A DNA stretch of 63,333 bases, the filler included, from Nemertoderma westbladi (Eukaryota > Animalia > Xenacoelomorpha), in NCBI GenBank assembly GCA_032718475.1. It is 4 parts of 4 records of this genome, joined end to end, with 100 filler letters (N's around TTAATTAATTAA, not from the genome) between each part and the next. Parts side by side here need not be neighbours in the genome. Positions count along the whole stretch, not along the records: positions 1 to 14,795 come from JAUCBJ010005194.1; positions 14,896 to 46,161 come from JAUCBJ010001956.1; 2 more parts are not named here. The stretch is one strand, 5' to 3'. Positions 12,346 through 27,830 of the stretch are shown piece by piece (position 1 is the first letter of the stretch; each line of letters begins with the position of its first letter). Made by a program: the position numbers and the translations under genes. The notes below the pieces were generated by a model that ran no database searches, had not been told where the DNA came from, and was given only the letters and a program-made list of their open reading frames with translations.

Positions 12346-12540
12346 GTAATAACTATTTACATACTTGTGTGTAAAGTAGCACTTTACAGTGTGATGATCC
12401 GAGTGGCTTTGTTACACGAACGAACGTTAGTGAGTGAGTGAAAATAAAGCCACGAAGATCAGAACGCTGTAAAGTAATTTGCAACAAGCATGTATGTAGT
12501 TTTATTCCAAAATTGTAACAATACGAAATGATTGTATATA
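12346..12540. repeat. 195-bp dispersed palindromic repeat (possibly Crypton-like non-autonomous element), truncated copy
   Basis: Near-identical to 60649-60843 on another contig. Internal inverted arms around ACGAACGAACGTTAGTGAGTGAGTG. The repeat is clear; the class is tentative. Confidence 0.65.
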
Positions 12541-12775
12541 GGCCCTATAATAAGGGATAGCTATAATAAGCTATAATAACGGCCTACCAGCTAAAACTGT
12601 TTGTTGGGGCCTACCGGCAGACCGGTACCGGTACCAGAAGGCTGAAGCTGAAAGTGCACTGTAATAAATACCTGAATACCGGTACTGTAATATGTAAGTA
12701 GTGAAGTGTAGGATAGGTTTGGTGTTTGGAGCAAATCTCGTGGGATTATTTAATCCCCTCTAGAGTACAGGAGTA

Positions 12776-13426
12776 ATGGCAATGTTGGCTGAACCGAAGC
12801 GTAAATCGGACCGTCAATGGGTGCTGACCCCCAAAACCACGTCGTGGACGGCAGATAAAGGTAAACTCGGCCAGAGATTGTTGGAGAAGATGGGTTGGAA
12901 GGAGGGAGACGGATTGGGTGTCAGTCGTACAGGGAGAACAGAACACTTGCATGTGGCGTATAAGAGAGACAGAGCGGGGTTGGGTCATTCCGATAACGCA
13001 GTAGATAACTGGATGCAACACCAGGATAACTTCGCCAATCTATTGAATTCCCTTAATAACATATCGGACTCTAGCCATGGGGATGGCTTGCCGTCTATAA
13101 TTAGTTTGGAAGCGCGATCTAAGTCGTCTAAATCCCGAATTCATTATACAAAGTTCTCGAAAAGTAAAGATTTATCGCGGGCGAGTAAAAGCGATATAGA
13201 CAGTATTCTGGGGTATCGTAAAGATAAAGCTACTCGGACTGTGTTACAAGCTGATATAACCGGCGGTTGCACAGTTGTGTTGGATGGGACAGAGGGAGAT
13301 ATTCCTATAGAATCTGGGAGGAATTCTAGTAAAGTTCGAAAGAACAAAGATTTAAAGAAAATGTCTAAGGATTTACATTGTAACGGTGTTGTAGGTGGAC
13401 ATCGTAAGAAAGCGAAACGGAACTAG
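12776..13426 (+). CDS. PINX1: PINX1-like G-patch protein (ribosome biogenesis factor / telomerase inhibitor family), 216 aa
   Basis: MAMLAEPKRK start, G-patch GQRLLEKMGWKEGDGLG...RAGLG, NWMQHQDNFANLLNSLN, and SLEARSKSSKSRIHYTKFSKSKDLS...DIDSILG all align with the PINX1 N-terminal half. Lys-rich tail. Confidence 0.92.
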   Translation: MAMLAEPKRKSDRQWVLTPKTTSWTADKGKLGQRLLEKMGWKEGDGLGVSRTGRTEHLHVAYKRDRAGLGHSDNAVDNWMQHQDNFANLLNSLNNISDSSHGDGLPSIISLEARSKSSKSRIHYTKFSKSKDLSRASKSDIDSILGYRKDKATRTVLQADITGGCTVVLDGTEGDIPIESGRNSSKVRKNKDLKKMSKDLHCNGVVGGHRKKAKRN

Positions 13427-14795
13427 TAATTTGTGGAATTATTCTAGCAGTTTAACTAATTTATATCGAGTTTAGGGTCTGCAAGTTTTGTTTTGTTAAC
13501 ATTATTTATCATAATGAGAGACTCCGGTTTCAATTATATTTCGATATTACACAGTTACATTATAAACTTTGTGTCAAAGTTTGTAGAGATTTGTGGGGTC
13601 CCAGTCAGTGTCTCCCAGTATTACGTAAAGAAACCACCTTCCAAAACTAAATCCGTATCACAATCAAAATTTCAATCAAAATCCGATATATAAACTGCCC
13701 GAGTAAGTCGATGATCGCGGTTGGAATTAACATGAGTGCAATTTGAGTATAACATATGAACCTCTGATATTTGAAATTTGTATCGATAAACATAAATTTA
13801 GCGAAGGCTGTGGTTAAATTCATAAATTACAGCTGCAAATGCACTTGGATGATGCACAAGGTTAAAATATGCATATCGGATACACTATTCACTTAACTAA
13901 CGATACATTGTACAATCTCGGTTGAAACATATAACTGTCTAAGCTCTGCACCACCTTGCAGGTACAACTGGTAAGTATTGTCGGCCAATGCGATCACCGC
14001 GTTTCTAATCCAGAGGTAACCTAATAGTCTACCTGCCAACTCCCGAAAATTAAGTTTAGATGGCATTTTTTGTAAATGGTTGGCATCCACCTCATTTTTG
14101 TACTTCAAAACATGGCGAATCCGTCAAGGCCGGATACCACCTCTGCATTTTTTATTTAATGTCTTATTTTGGGCTTCAGAGTTTTTTGCTCAAAAATTGT
14201 TTTTTTCGATTTTAGGATACAAGTTCATGGTGAATGTTAGTGAATCTCGTCTCTTAACCAGTGTTTATATTGAAAGTTATTCAAAATACATCAATGTTGT
14301 CCTGAAACTGTTATAAACACTTTGGTAAAGAAGAAAATTTCCCAAATTCCCTTCCAGTCCGCCAACCCGGTCCTAGTAACCGCCTTAGCAACATATTTAT
14401 GAAATTTAAATTATTAATTGTTTGTCTCACCTTTCCTTTTCCTGAGAAAAACAACAAACAGTTTTAAAAATTAAATAACCCATCACACAACTTAAATAAC
14501 TTTTTGGGAACACATCAAGGGCAATATAAAATCAAAAAGCGTCTAATAATGTCGCAAACACAGGACCAAAATTTGGACCCGAGTAATTTAAACAATAGTA
14601 TCAAAATATTAAGTTTAAGTGGAGAATTCGTGTCAACTCGACTATTTGTCCCCATATTTGTGATTATTTAAAAATACATCTACATCTCAGTAGCCCATTT
14701 TCGGCGAATTAATATTTTGTCTCATTGTTAAATTATCAATTTAGAGAATGGAGCAATTTACAGTGGCACGTTCTTCTAACCAAAACAATAAAGGA

Positions 14796-14895
14796 NNNNN
14801 NNNNNNNNNNNNNNNNNNNNNNNNNNNNNNNNNNNNNNNTTAATTAATTAANNNNNNNNNNNNNNNNNNNNNNNNNNNNNNNNNNNNNNNNNNNN
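14796..14895. other. Artificial contig linker
   Basis: 44 N + TTAATTAATTAA (stops in all six frames) + 44 N. Confidence 0.97.
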
Positions 14896-15880
14896 CATTG
14901 GATTGCTATATTGTGACACAGAAGCGCAGGTACTCTCACCAGATGGTGAAACTGAGTTTTTCTCAATCCTGGCTGGCGTACTGCAAGGTGACACATTAGC
15001 ACCATTACTATTTGTAATTGTGCTGGATTACGCAATGAGGACGGCCACAAAGGGTGAAGATCTGGGATTCACACTTCAAGAACGCAGAAGTAGTAGATAT
15101 CCGGCAACTACAGTCACAGACACCGACTTTGCCAATGACATCGCCCTGCTCTCTAATACGCTAGCAGATGCACAGCTTCTACTAAATAAAGTGGAGAGGG
15201 CTGCTAAGGAGGTTGGATTGCATATAAATGCTACCAAGACCGAATTCATGACCTTTAATGTTGATGGAAACTTGACAACCATTGATAATAATCAACTAAG
15301 GCAGGTCGATGACTTCCAGTACCTTGGATCATGGATAGAGAGTAGCAAAAAGGACATAGAAGTTAGGAAAGCAAAGGCTTGGGTAGCTCTATCAAAAATG
15401 GATACCATCTGGAAATCAGATCTCTCCAGGCACCTGAAGACTAAGTTCTTTCGAGCCACAGTGGAAAGTGTATTTTTATACGGGGTGAGACCTGGACACT
15501 GACTAAATCACTTGAACAACGAATTGATGGTTGCTACACAAGACTACTAAGGGCAGCCCTAAACATCAGCTGGAGACAACACATGACAAACGCCGAGCTT
15601 TATGGTACAATACCGCCTGTATCAACCACCCTCCGTGAACGCAGATTAAGATTCAGTGGGCACTGCTGGCGAAGTAAAGACGAGGTCATACCAGATCTAC
15701 TTCTCTGGCAACCAACTCATGGAAAGCGTAGTCGTGGACGACCTGCCATAACATATATAGATCAACTTGAAAGGGATACTGAACGTGGGAGAAACTAAAT
15801 TGCGACAACTATGGAGAATCGGGAAGCCTGGAAGGATCTCATTTCCACTGTCCGAGTTCGCTCGACCTAGTAGTAGTAGT
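14896..15880 (+). mobile_element. RTE-clade non-LTR retrotransposon, degenerate 3' part with (TAG)n tail
   Basis: RT motifs GVLQGDTLAPLLF, DTDFANDIALL (FADD altered to FAND), DDFQYLGS. C-terminal RRLRFSGHCWR...HGKRSRGRP in a shifted frame (frameshift near 15490). Tail TAGTAGTAGTAGT at 15868-15880. 5' part cut by the contig end. Confidence 0.92.
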
Positions 15881-18800
15881 ACTTATACTTATACGGGAAT
15901 ACTTATACTTATACGGGAATACTTATACGGGAATACTTATACTTCTACGGGAATACTTATACTTTATACGGGAATACTTATACTTATACGGGAATACTTA
16001 TACGGGAATACTTATACGGGAATACTTATACTTATACGGGAATACTTATACGGGAATACTTATACGGGAATACTTATACTTATACGGGAATACTTATACT
16101 TATACGGGAATACTTATACGGGAATACTTATACTTATACGGGAATACTTATACTTATACGGGAATACTTATACGGGAATACTTATACTTATACGGGAATA
16201 CTTATACGGGAATACTTATACGGGAATACTTATACGGGAATACTTATACGGGAATACTTATACGGGAATACTTATACTTATACGGGAATACTTATACGGG
16301 AATACTTATACTTATACGGGAATACTTATACGGGAATACTTATACTTATACGGGAATACTTATACTTATACGGGAATACTTATACTTATACGGGAATACT
16401 TATACTTATACGGGAATACTTATACGGGAATACTTATACTTATACGGGAATACTTATACTTATACGGGAATACTTATACGGGAATACTTATACTTATACG
16501 GGAATACTTATACGGGAATACTTATACGGGAATACTTATACTTATACGGGAATACTTATACGGGAATACTTATACGGGAATACTTATACGGGAATACTTA
16601 TACTTATACGGGAATACTTATACGGGAATACTTATACTTATACGGGAATACTTATACGGAATACTTATACTTATACGGGAATACTTATACGGGAATACTT
16701 ATACGGGAATACTTATACGGGAATACTTATACTTTACGGGAATACTTATACTTATACGGGAATACTTAACTTATACGGGAATACTTATACTTATACGGGA
16801 ATACTTATACGGGAATACTTATACGGGAATACTTATACTTATACGGGAATACTTATACGGGAATACTTATACGGGAATACTTATACGGGAATACTTATAC
16901 TTATACGGGAATACTTATACGGGAATACTTATACGGGAATACTTATACTTATACGGGAATACTTATACGGGAATACTTATACTTATACGGGAATACTTAT
17001 ACTTATACGGGAATACTTATACTTATACGGGAATACTTATACTTATACGGGAATACTTATACGGGAATACTTATACTTATACGGGAATACTTATACGGGA
17101 ATACTTATACTTATACGGGAATACTTATACTTATACGGAATACTTATACGGGAATACTTATACTTATACGGGAATACTTATACTTATACGGGAATACTTA
17201 TACGGGAATACTTATACGGGAATACTTATACTTATACGGGAATACTTATACGGGAATACTTATACGGGAATACTTATACGGGAATACTTATACTTATACG
17301 GGAATACTTATACGGGAATACTTATACGGGAATACTTATACTTATACGGGAATACTTATACGGGAATACTTATACTTATACGGGAATACTTATACTTATA
17401 CGGGAATACTTATACTTATACGGGAATACTTATACTTATACGGGAATACTTATACGGAATACTTATACGGGAATACTTATACTTATACGGGAATACTTAT
17501 ACGGGAATACTTATACTTATACGGGAATACTTATACTTTACGGGAATACTTATACGGGAATACTTATACTTATACGGGAATACTTATACTTATACGGGAA
17601 TACTTATACGGGAATACTTATACGGGAATACTTATACTTATACGGGAATACTTATACTTATACGGGAATACTTATACTTATACGGGAATACTTATACGGG
17701 AATACTTATACGGGAATACTTATACTTATACGGGAATACTTATACGGGAATACTTATACGGGAATACTTATACGGGAATACTTATACTTATACGGGAATA
17801 CTTATACGGGAATACTTATACGGGAATACTTATACTTATACGGGAATACTTATACTTATACGGGAATACTTATACTTATACGGGAATACTTATACGGGAA
17901 TACTTATACGGGAATACTTATACTTATACGGGAATACTTATACTTATACGGGAATACTTATACTTATACGGGAATACTTATACGGGAATACTTATACGGG
18001 AATACTTATACTTATACGGGAATACTTATACGGGAATACTTATACGGGAATACTTATACGGGAATACTTATACTTATACGGGAATACTTATACGGGAATA
18101 CTTATACGGGAATACTTATACTTATACGGGAATACTTATACGGGAATACTTATACTTATACGGGAATACTTATACTTATACGGGAATACTTATACTTATA
18201 CGGGAATACTTATACGGGAATACTTATACGGGAATACTTATACTTATACGGGAATACTTATACGGGAATACTTATACGGGAATACTTATACGGGAATACT
18301 TATACTTATACGGGAATACTTATACGGGAATACTTATACGGGAATACTTATACTTATACGGGAATACTTATACGGGAATACTTATACTTATACGGGAATA
18401 CTTATACTTATACGGGAATACTTATACTTATACGGGAATACTTATACTTATACGGGAATACTTATACGGGAATACTTATACTTATACGGGAATACTTATA
18501 CGGGAATACTTATACTTATACGGGAATACTTATACTTCTACGGGAATACTTATACGGGAATACTTATACTTATACGGGAATACTTATACTTATACGGGAA
18601 TACTTATACGGGAATACTTATACTTATACGGGAATACTTATACTTATACGGAATACTTATACTTATACGGGAATACTTATACGGGAATACTTATACGGGA
18701 ATACTTATACTTATACGGGAATACTTATACGGGAATACTTATACGGGAATACTTATACGGGAATACTTATACTTATACGGGAATACTTATACGGGAATAC

Positions 18801-21800
18801 TTATACGGGAATACTTATACTTCTACGGGAATACTTATACTTATACGGGAATACTTATACTTATACGGGAATACTTATACGGGAATACTTATACGGGAAT
18901 ACTTATACTTATACGGGAATACTTATACTTATACGGGAATACTTATACTTATACGGGAATACTTATACGGGAATACTTATACGGGAATACTTATACGGGA
19001 ATACTTATACTTATACGGGAATACTTATACGGGAATACTTATACGGGAATACTTATACGGGAATACTTATACTTATACGGGAATACTTATACGGGAATAC
19101 TTATACGGGAATACTTATACGGGAATACTTATACTTATACGGGAATACTTATACTTATACGGGAATACTTATACTTATACGGGAATACTTATACGGGAAT
19201 ACTTATACGGGAATACTTATACTTATACGGGAATACTTATACGGGAATACTTATACGGGAATACTTATACGGGAATACTTATACTTATACGGGAATACTT
19301 ATACGGGAATACTTATACGGGAATACTTATACTTATACGGGAATACTTATACGGGAATACTTATACTTATACGGGAATACTTATACTTATACGGGAATAC
19401 TTATACTTATACGGGAATACTTATACTTATACGGGAATACTTATACGGGAATACTTATACTTTACGGGAATACTTATACGGGAATACTTATACTTATACG
19501 GGAATACTTATACTTATACGGGAATACTTATACTTATACGGGAATACTTATACTTATACGGGAATACTTATACGGGAATACTTATACTTATACGGGAATA
19601 CTTATACTTATACGGGAATACTTATACTTATACGGGAATACTTATACGGGAATACTTATACGGGAATACTTATACTTATACGGGAATACTTATACGGGAA
19701 TACTTATACGGGAATACTTATACGGGAATACTTATACTTATACGGGAATACTTATACGGGAATACTTATACTTATACGGGAATACTTATACTTATACGGG
19801 AATACTTATACTTATACGGGAATACTTATACGGGAATACTTATACGGGAATACTTATACTTATACGGGAATACTTATACTTATACGGGAATACTTATACG
19901 GGAATACTTATACTTATACGGGAATACTTATACGGGAATACTTATACTTATACGGGAATACTTATACGGGAATACTTATACGGGAATACTTATACGGGAA
20001 TACTTATACGGGAATACTTATACTTATACGGGAATACTTATACTTATACGGGAATACTTATACGGGAATACTTATACGGGAATACTTATACTTATACGGG
20101 AATACTTATACGGGAATACTTATACTTATACGGGAATACTTATACTTATACGGGAATACTTATACGGGATACTTATACTTATACTTATACGGGAATACTT
20201 ATACTTATACGGGAATACTTATACTTATACGGAATACTTATACTTATACGGGAATACTTATACGGGAATACTTATACGGGAATACTTATACTTATACGGG
20301 AATACTTATACGGGAATACTTATACTTATACGGGAATACTTATACGGGAATACTTATACTTATACGGGAATACTTATACGGGAATACTTATACGGGAATA
20401 CTTATACGGGAATACTTATACGGGAATACTTATACTTATACGGGAATACTTATACGGGAATACTTATACTTATACGGGAATACTTATACGGGATACTTAT
20501 ACGGGAATACTTATACGGGAATACTTATACGGGAATACTTATACGGGAATACTTATACTTATACGGGAATACTTATACGGGAATACTTATACTTATACGG
20601 GAATACTTATACGGGATACTTATACTTATACTTATACGGGAATACTTATACTTATACGGGAATACTTATACTTATACGGAATACTTATACTTATACGGGA
20701 ATACTTATACGGGAATACTTATACGGGAATACTTATACGGGAATACTTATACTTATACGGGAATACTTATACGGGAATACTTATACGGGAATACTTATAC
20801 TTATACGGGAATACTTATACGGGAATACTTATACGGGAATACTTATACTTATACGGGAATACTTATACGGGAATACTTATACTTATACGGGAATACTTAT
20901 ACGGGAATACTTATACTTATACGGGAATACTTATACTTATACGGGAATACTTATACTTATACGGAATACTTATACTTATACGGGAATACTTATACGGGAA
21001 TACTTATACGGGAATACTTATACTTATACGGGAATACTTATACGGGAATACTTATACGGGAATACTTATACGGGAATACTTATACTTATACGGGAATACT
21101 TATACGGGAATACTTATACGGGAATACTTATACTTATACGGGAATACTTATACGGGAATACTTATACGGGTACTTATACTTATACTTATACGGGAATACT
21201 TATACTTATACGGGAATACTTATACTTATACGGAATACTTATACTTATACGGGAATACTTATACGGGAATACTTATACGGGAATACTTATACTTATACGG
21301 GAATACTTATACGGGAATACTTATACGGGAATACTTATACGGGAATACTTATACGGGAATACTTATACGGGAATACTTATACTTATACGGGAATACTTAT
21401 ACGGGAATACTTATACGGATACTTATACGGGAATACTTATACTTATACGGGAATACTTATACTTATACGGGAATACTTATACGGGAATACTTATACGGGA
21501 ATACTTATACTTATACGGGAATACTTATACGGGAATACTTATACTTATACGGGAATACTTATACGGGAATACTTATACTTATACGGGAATACTTATACTT
21601 ATACGGGAATACTTATACTTATACGGAATACTTATACGGGAATACTTATACTTATACGGGAATACTTATACTTATACGGGAATACTTATACTTATACGGG
21701 AATACTTATACTTATACGGGAATACTTATACTTATACGGGAATACTTATACTTATACGGGAATACTTATACTTATACGGGAATACTTATACGGGAATACT

Positions 21801-24800
21801 TATACTTATACGGGAATACTTATACTTATACGGGAATACTTATACGGGAATACTTATACGGGAATACTTATACGGGAATACTTATACTTATACGGGAATA
21901 CTTATACGGGAATACTTATACTTATACGGGAATACTTATACGGGAATACTTATACGGGAATACTTATACTTATACGGGAATACTTATACTTATACGGGAA
22001 TACTTATACGGGAATACTTATACGGGAATACTTATACGGGAATACTTATACTTATACGGGAATACTTATACGGGAATACTTATACTTATACGGGAATACT
22101 TATACGGGAATACTTATACGGGAATACTTATACTTATACGGGAATACTTATACTTATACGGGAATACTTATACTTATACGGGAATACTTATACGGGAATA
22201 CTTATACGGGAATACTTATACGGGAATACTTATACTTATACGGGAATACTTATACGGGAATACTTATACTTATACGGGAATACTTATACGGGATACTTAT
22301 ACTTATACGGGAATACTTATACTTATACGGGAATACTTATACTTATACGGAATACTTATACTTATACGGGAATACTTATACGGGAATACTTATACTTATA
22401 CGGGAATACTTATACTTATACGGGAATACTTATACGGGAATACTTATACTTATACGGGAATACTTATACGGGAATACTTATACGGGAATACTTATACTTA
22501 TACGGGAATACTTATACGGGAATACTTATACGGGAATACTTATACTTCTACGGGAATACTTATACGGGAATACTTATACTTATACGGGAATACTTATACG
22601 GATACTTATACGGGAATACTTATACGGGAATACTTATACGGGAATACTTATACTTATACGGGAATACTTATACGGGAATACTTATACTTATACGGGAATA
22701 CTTATACGGGATACTTATACTTATACTTATACGGGAATACTTATACTTATACGGGAATACTTATACGGAATACTTATACTTATACGGGAATACTTATACG
22801 GGAATACTTATACTTATACGGGAATACTTATACTTATACGGGAATACTTATACTTATACGGGAATACTTATACTTATACGGGAATACTTATACTTATACG
22901 GGAATACTTATACTTATACGGGAATACTTATACTTATACGGGAATACTTATACTTATACGGGAATACTTATACGGGAATACTTATACTTATACGGGAATA
23001 CTTATACTTATACGGGAATACTTATACTTATACGGGAATACTTATACTTATACGGGAATACTTATACTTATACGGGAATACTTATACGGGAATACTTATA
23101 CTTATACTTATACGGGAATACTTATACTTATACTTATACGGGAATACTTATACTTATACGGGAATACTTATACTTATACGGGAATACTTATACGGGAATA
23201 CTTATACTTATACTTATACGGGAATACTTATACGGGAATACTTATACGGGAATACTTATACGGGAATACTTATACGGGAATACTTATACTTATACGGGAA
23301 TACTTATACTTATACGGGAATACTTATACGGGAATACTTATACTTATACTTATACGGGAATACTTATACGGGAATACTTATACGGGAATACTTATACGGG
23401 AATACTTATACTTATACGGGAATACTTATACTTATACGGGAATACTTATACGGGAATACTTATACTTATACTTATACGGGAATACTTATACTTATACGGG
23501 AATACTTATACTTTATACGGGAATACTTATACTTATACGGGAATACTTATACTTATACGGGAATACTTATACGGGAATACTTATACGGGAATACTTATAC
23601 GGGAATACTTATACTTATACGGGAATACTTATACTTATACGGGAATACTTATACGGGAATACTTATACTTATACTTATACGGGAATACTTATACTTATAC
23701 GGGAATACTTATACTTATACGGGAATACTTATACTTATACGGGAATACTTATACTTATACGGGAATACTTATACGGAATACTTATACTTATACGGGAATA
23801 CTTATACTTATACGGGAATACTTATACTTATACGGGAATACTTATACTTATACGGGAATACTTATACTTATACGGGAATACTTATACGGAATACTTATAC
23901 TTATACGGGAATACTTATACTTTATACGGGAATACTTATACTTATACGGGAATACTTATACTTATACGGGAATACTTATACGGAATACTTATACTTATAC
24001 GGGAATACTTATACTTATACGGGAATACTTATACGGAATACTTATACTTATACGGGAATACTTATACTTTATACGGGAATACTTATACGGGAATACTTAT
24101 ACGGGAATACTTATACTTATACGGTAATACTTATACGGGAATACTTATACTTATACGGGAATACTTATACTTATACGGGAATACTTATACTTTATACGGG
24201 AATACTTATACTTATACGGGAATACTTATACTTTATACGGGAATACTTATACTTATACGGGAATACTTATACTTATACGGGAATACTTATACGGGAATAC
24301 TTATACGGAATACTTATACTTATACGGGAATACTTATACTTTATACGGGAATACTTATACGGGAATACTTATACGGGATACTTATACTTATACGGGAATA
24401 CTTATACTTATACGGGAATACTTATACGGGAATACTTATACTTATACGGGAATACTTATACTTATACGGGAATACTTATACGGAATACTTATACTTATAC
24501 GGGAATACTTATACTTATACGGGAATACTTATACTTATACGGGAATACTTATACTTATACGGGAATACTTATACTTATACGGGAATACTTATACGGAATA
24601 CTTATACTTATACGGGAATACTTATACTTTATACGGGAATACTTATACTTATACGGGAATACTTATACTTATACGGGAATACTTATACTTATACGGGAAT
24701 ACTTATACGGAATACTTATACTTATACGGGAATACTTATACTTTATACGGGAATACTTATACGGGAATACTTATACGGGAATACTTATACTTATACGGGA

Positions 24801-26915
24801 ATACTTATACGGGAATACTTATACTTTATACGGGAATACTTATACTTATACGGGAATACTTATACTTATACGGGAATACTTATACTTATACGGGAATACT
24901 TATACTTATACGGGGATACTTATACGGGAATACTTATACTTATACTTATACGGGAATACTTATACTTATACGGGGATACTTATACGGGAATACTTATACT
25001 TATACTTATACGGGAATACTTATACGGGAATACTTATACGGGAATACTTATACGGGAATACTTATACGGGAATACTTATACTTATACGGGAATACTTATA
25101 CTTTATACGGGAATACTTATACTTATACGGGAATACTTATACTTTATACGGGAATACTTATACTTATACGGGAATACTTATACTTATACGGGGATACTTA
25201 TACGGGAATACTTATACTTATACTTATACGGGAATACTTATACGGGAATACTTATACGGGAATACTTATACGGGAATACTTATACGGGAATACTTATACG
25301 GGAATACTTATACTTATACGGGAATACTTATACGGGGATACTTATACGGGAATACTTATACTTATACTTATACGGGAATACTTATACTTATACGGGAATA
25401 CTTATACTTTATACGGGAATACTTATACTTATACGGGAATACTTATACTTATACGGGGATACTTATACGGGAATACTTATACTTATACTTATACGGGAAT
25501 ACTTATACTTATACGGGAATACTTATACTTATACGGGAATACTTATACGGAATACTTATACTTATACGGGAATACTTATACTTATACGGGAATACTTATA
25601 CTTATACGGGAATACTTATACTTATACGGGAATACTTATACGGAATACTTATACTTATACGGGAATACTTATACTTTATACGGGAATACTTATACTTATA
25701 CGGGAATACTTATACTTATACGGGAATACTTATACGGAATACTTATACTTATACGGGAATACTTATACTTATACGGGAATACTTATACTTATACGGGAAT
25801 ACTTACTTATACGGAATACTTATACTTATACGGGAATACTTATACTTTATACGGGAATACTTATACGGGAATACTTATACGGGAATACTTATACTTTATA
25901 CGGTAATACTTATACTTATACGGGAATACTTATACTTATACGGGAATACTTATACTTATACGGGAATACTTATACTTTATACGGGAATACTTATACTTTA
26001 TACGGGAATACTTATACTTATACGGGAATACTTATACTTATACGGGAATACTTATACTTATACGGGAATACTTATACGGAATACTTATACTTATACGGGA
26101 ATACTTATACTTTATACGGGAATACTTATACGGGAATACTTATACGGGAATACTTATACTTATACGGGAATACTTATACTTATACGGGAATACTTATACG
26201 GGAATACTTATACTTATACGGGAATACTTATACTTATACGGGAATACTTATACGGAATACTTATACTTATACGGGAATACTTATACTTATACGGGAATAC
26301 TTATACTTATACGGGAATACTTATACTTATACGGGAATACTTATACTTATACGGGAATACTTATACGGAATACTTATACTTATACGGGAATACTTATACT
26401 TTATACGGGAATACTTATACTTATACGGGAATACTTATACTTATACGGGAATACTTATACTTATACGGGAATACTTATACGGAATACTTATACTTATACG
26501 GGAATACTTATACTTTATACGGGAATACTTATACGGGAATACTTATACGGGAATACTTATACTTATACGGGAATACTTATACGGGAATACTTATACTTTA
26601 TACGGGAATACTTATACTTATACGGGAATACTTATACTTATACGGGAATACTTATACTTATACGGGAATACTTATACTTTACTTATACTTATACTTATAC
26701 GGAATACTTATACTTATACGGGAATACTTATACGGGAATACTTATACTTATACGGGAATACTTATACTTTATACGGGAATACTTATACTTATACGGGAAT
26801 ACTTATACTTTATACGGGAATACTTATACTTATACGGGAATACTTATACTTATACGGGAATACTTATACTTATACGGGAATACTTATACTTTACTTATAC
26901 TTATACTTCTACGGG
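15881..26915. repeat. 11-kb irregular minisatellite of 14-bp (ATACGGGAATACTT) and 20-bp (plus ATACTT) units
   Basis: Directly visible. Almost no stop triplets on the + strand, which produces the spurious 2786-aa ORF. Confidence 0.98.
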
Positions 26916-27830
26916 TCGGTAGATGAATAATTGTGGGTGACAATACATATAGATAAATAAATGAATCAATATTTGTAAGTCCTTCCGGTGCTGCGGTAAC
27001 TAAGTATACCATTCCGCCACTGCAGTGAACTGCAGCAATGTGGGTTGTTTACCTGTAACCAGAAGCACGTCATTGGATTAGAAACCCAAGATAGATACCG
27101 TACGTAATATGTTAAAAATACACCAACCCAGATCCACTAGCTGACTCATTAGCCGATGTTAGGGGCTGAGTCATGCAGCTTCTTGCCGGGCCCTGCCCCT
27201 AAAGACAATGTTGTACAGTTGATACGGGGCCCGGCCCAACAAACAATACATTCCTAGATATTTTCTGCCAAACTACTTACCTATGATATTGGCTGGGTTA
27301 TTCACTGAATTCTGTTTATCGTTATCCTAATATTGATTGAGTTTTTGTGGTGGCGTGACGTTTATAATACTTCTACCTGTTTATGAGTGGCCTAGAATAT
27401 CTCAGCTATGATTTATCGCTAAAAAGAACTTTGAACCAATGCCTGTAGTTCAGTGAACCCCCCTCCTACCTGCACTAGCCTACCTTATATCTTCTATAAC
27501 TTCCAGTCACAGCCAAATACTTACACGTGTCCCATTATGTAAATTATCTTACTTAGTTATCAATATAGACTTTTAGTTAAACAAATTTCTCTGCCAATTT
27601 ACATGGAATTAAATTTCGCGATTACAGTTACAGGTGAATAAATTATTATTCTTTATATATTATTATTCTTTATATATTATTATTCTTTATATATATTTTT
27701 TTTTATATATTATTGTCTTTTAATTTGTTGCTGCATAATATGGTCGGCTTTCATTGGCCATATTACAATCATTAATAATTAATCGTAATCTCATTGCGGC
27801 GAATCGAGGATGTTTAATTATCTCTTAACG

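Noticed and set aside
12040-14795. PINX1 captured in a Pack-MULE (about 100-bp inverted repeats flank the gene)
   Set aside because: The inverted segments belong to a dispersed family with six copies here. The apparent element terminus (CTGTCTC at 12165) faces inward, and no TSD can be tested because the contig ends. Two independent insertions is simpler.
14796-14895. TTAATTAATTAA palindrome between N runs (also at 46206 and 58260)
   Set aside because: Identical 100-nt linker three times, so an artificial join.
15767-24127. 2786-aa ORF (GILILIREYLYGNTYT repeats)
   Set aside because: The + strand of the repeat lacks stop triplets, units are not multiples of 3 so the peptide cycles through all frames, and the start is a TTG inside the RTE.
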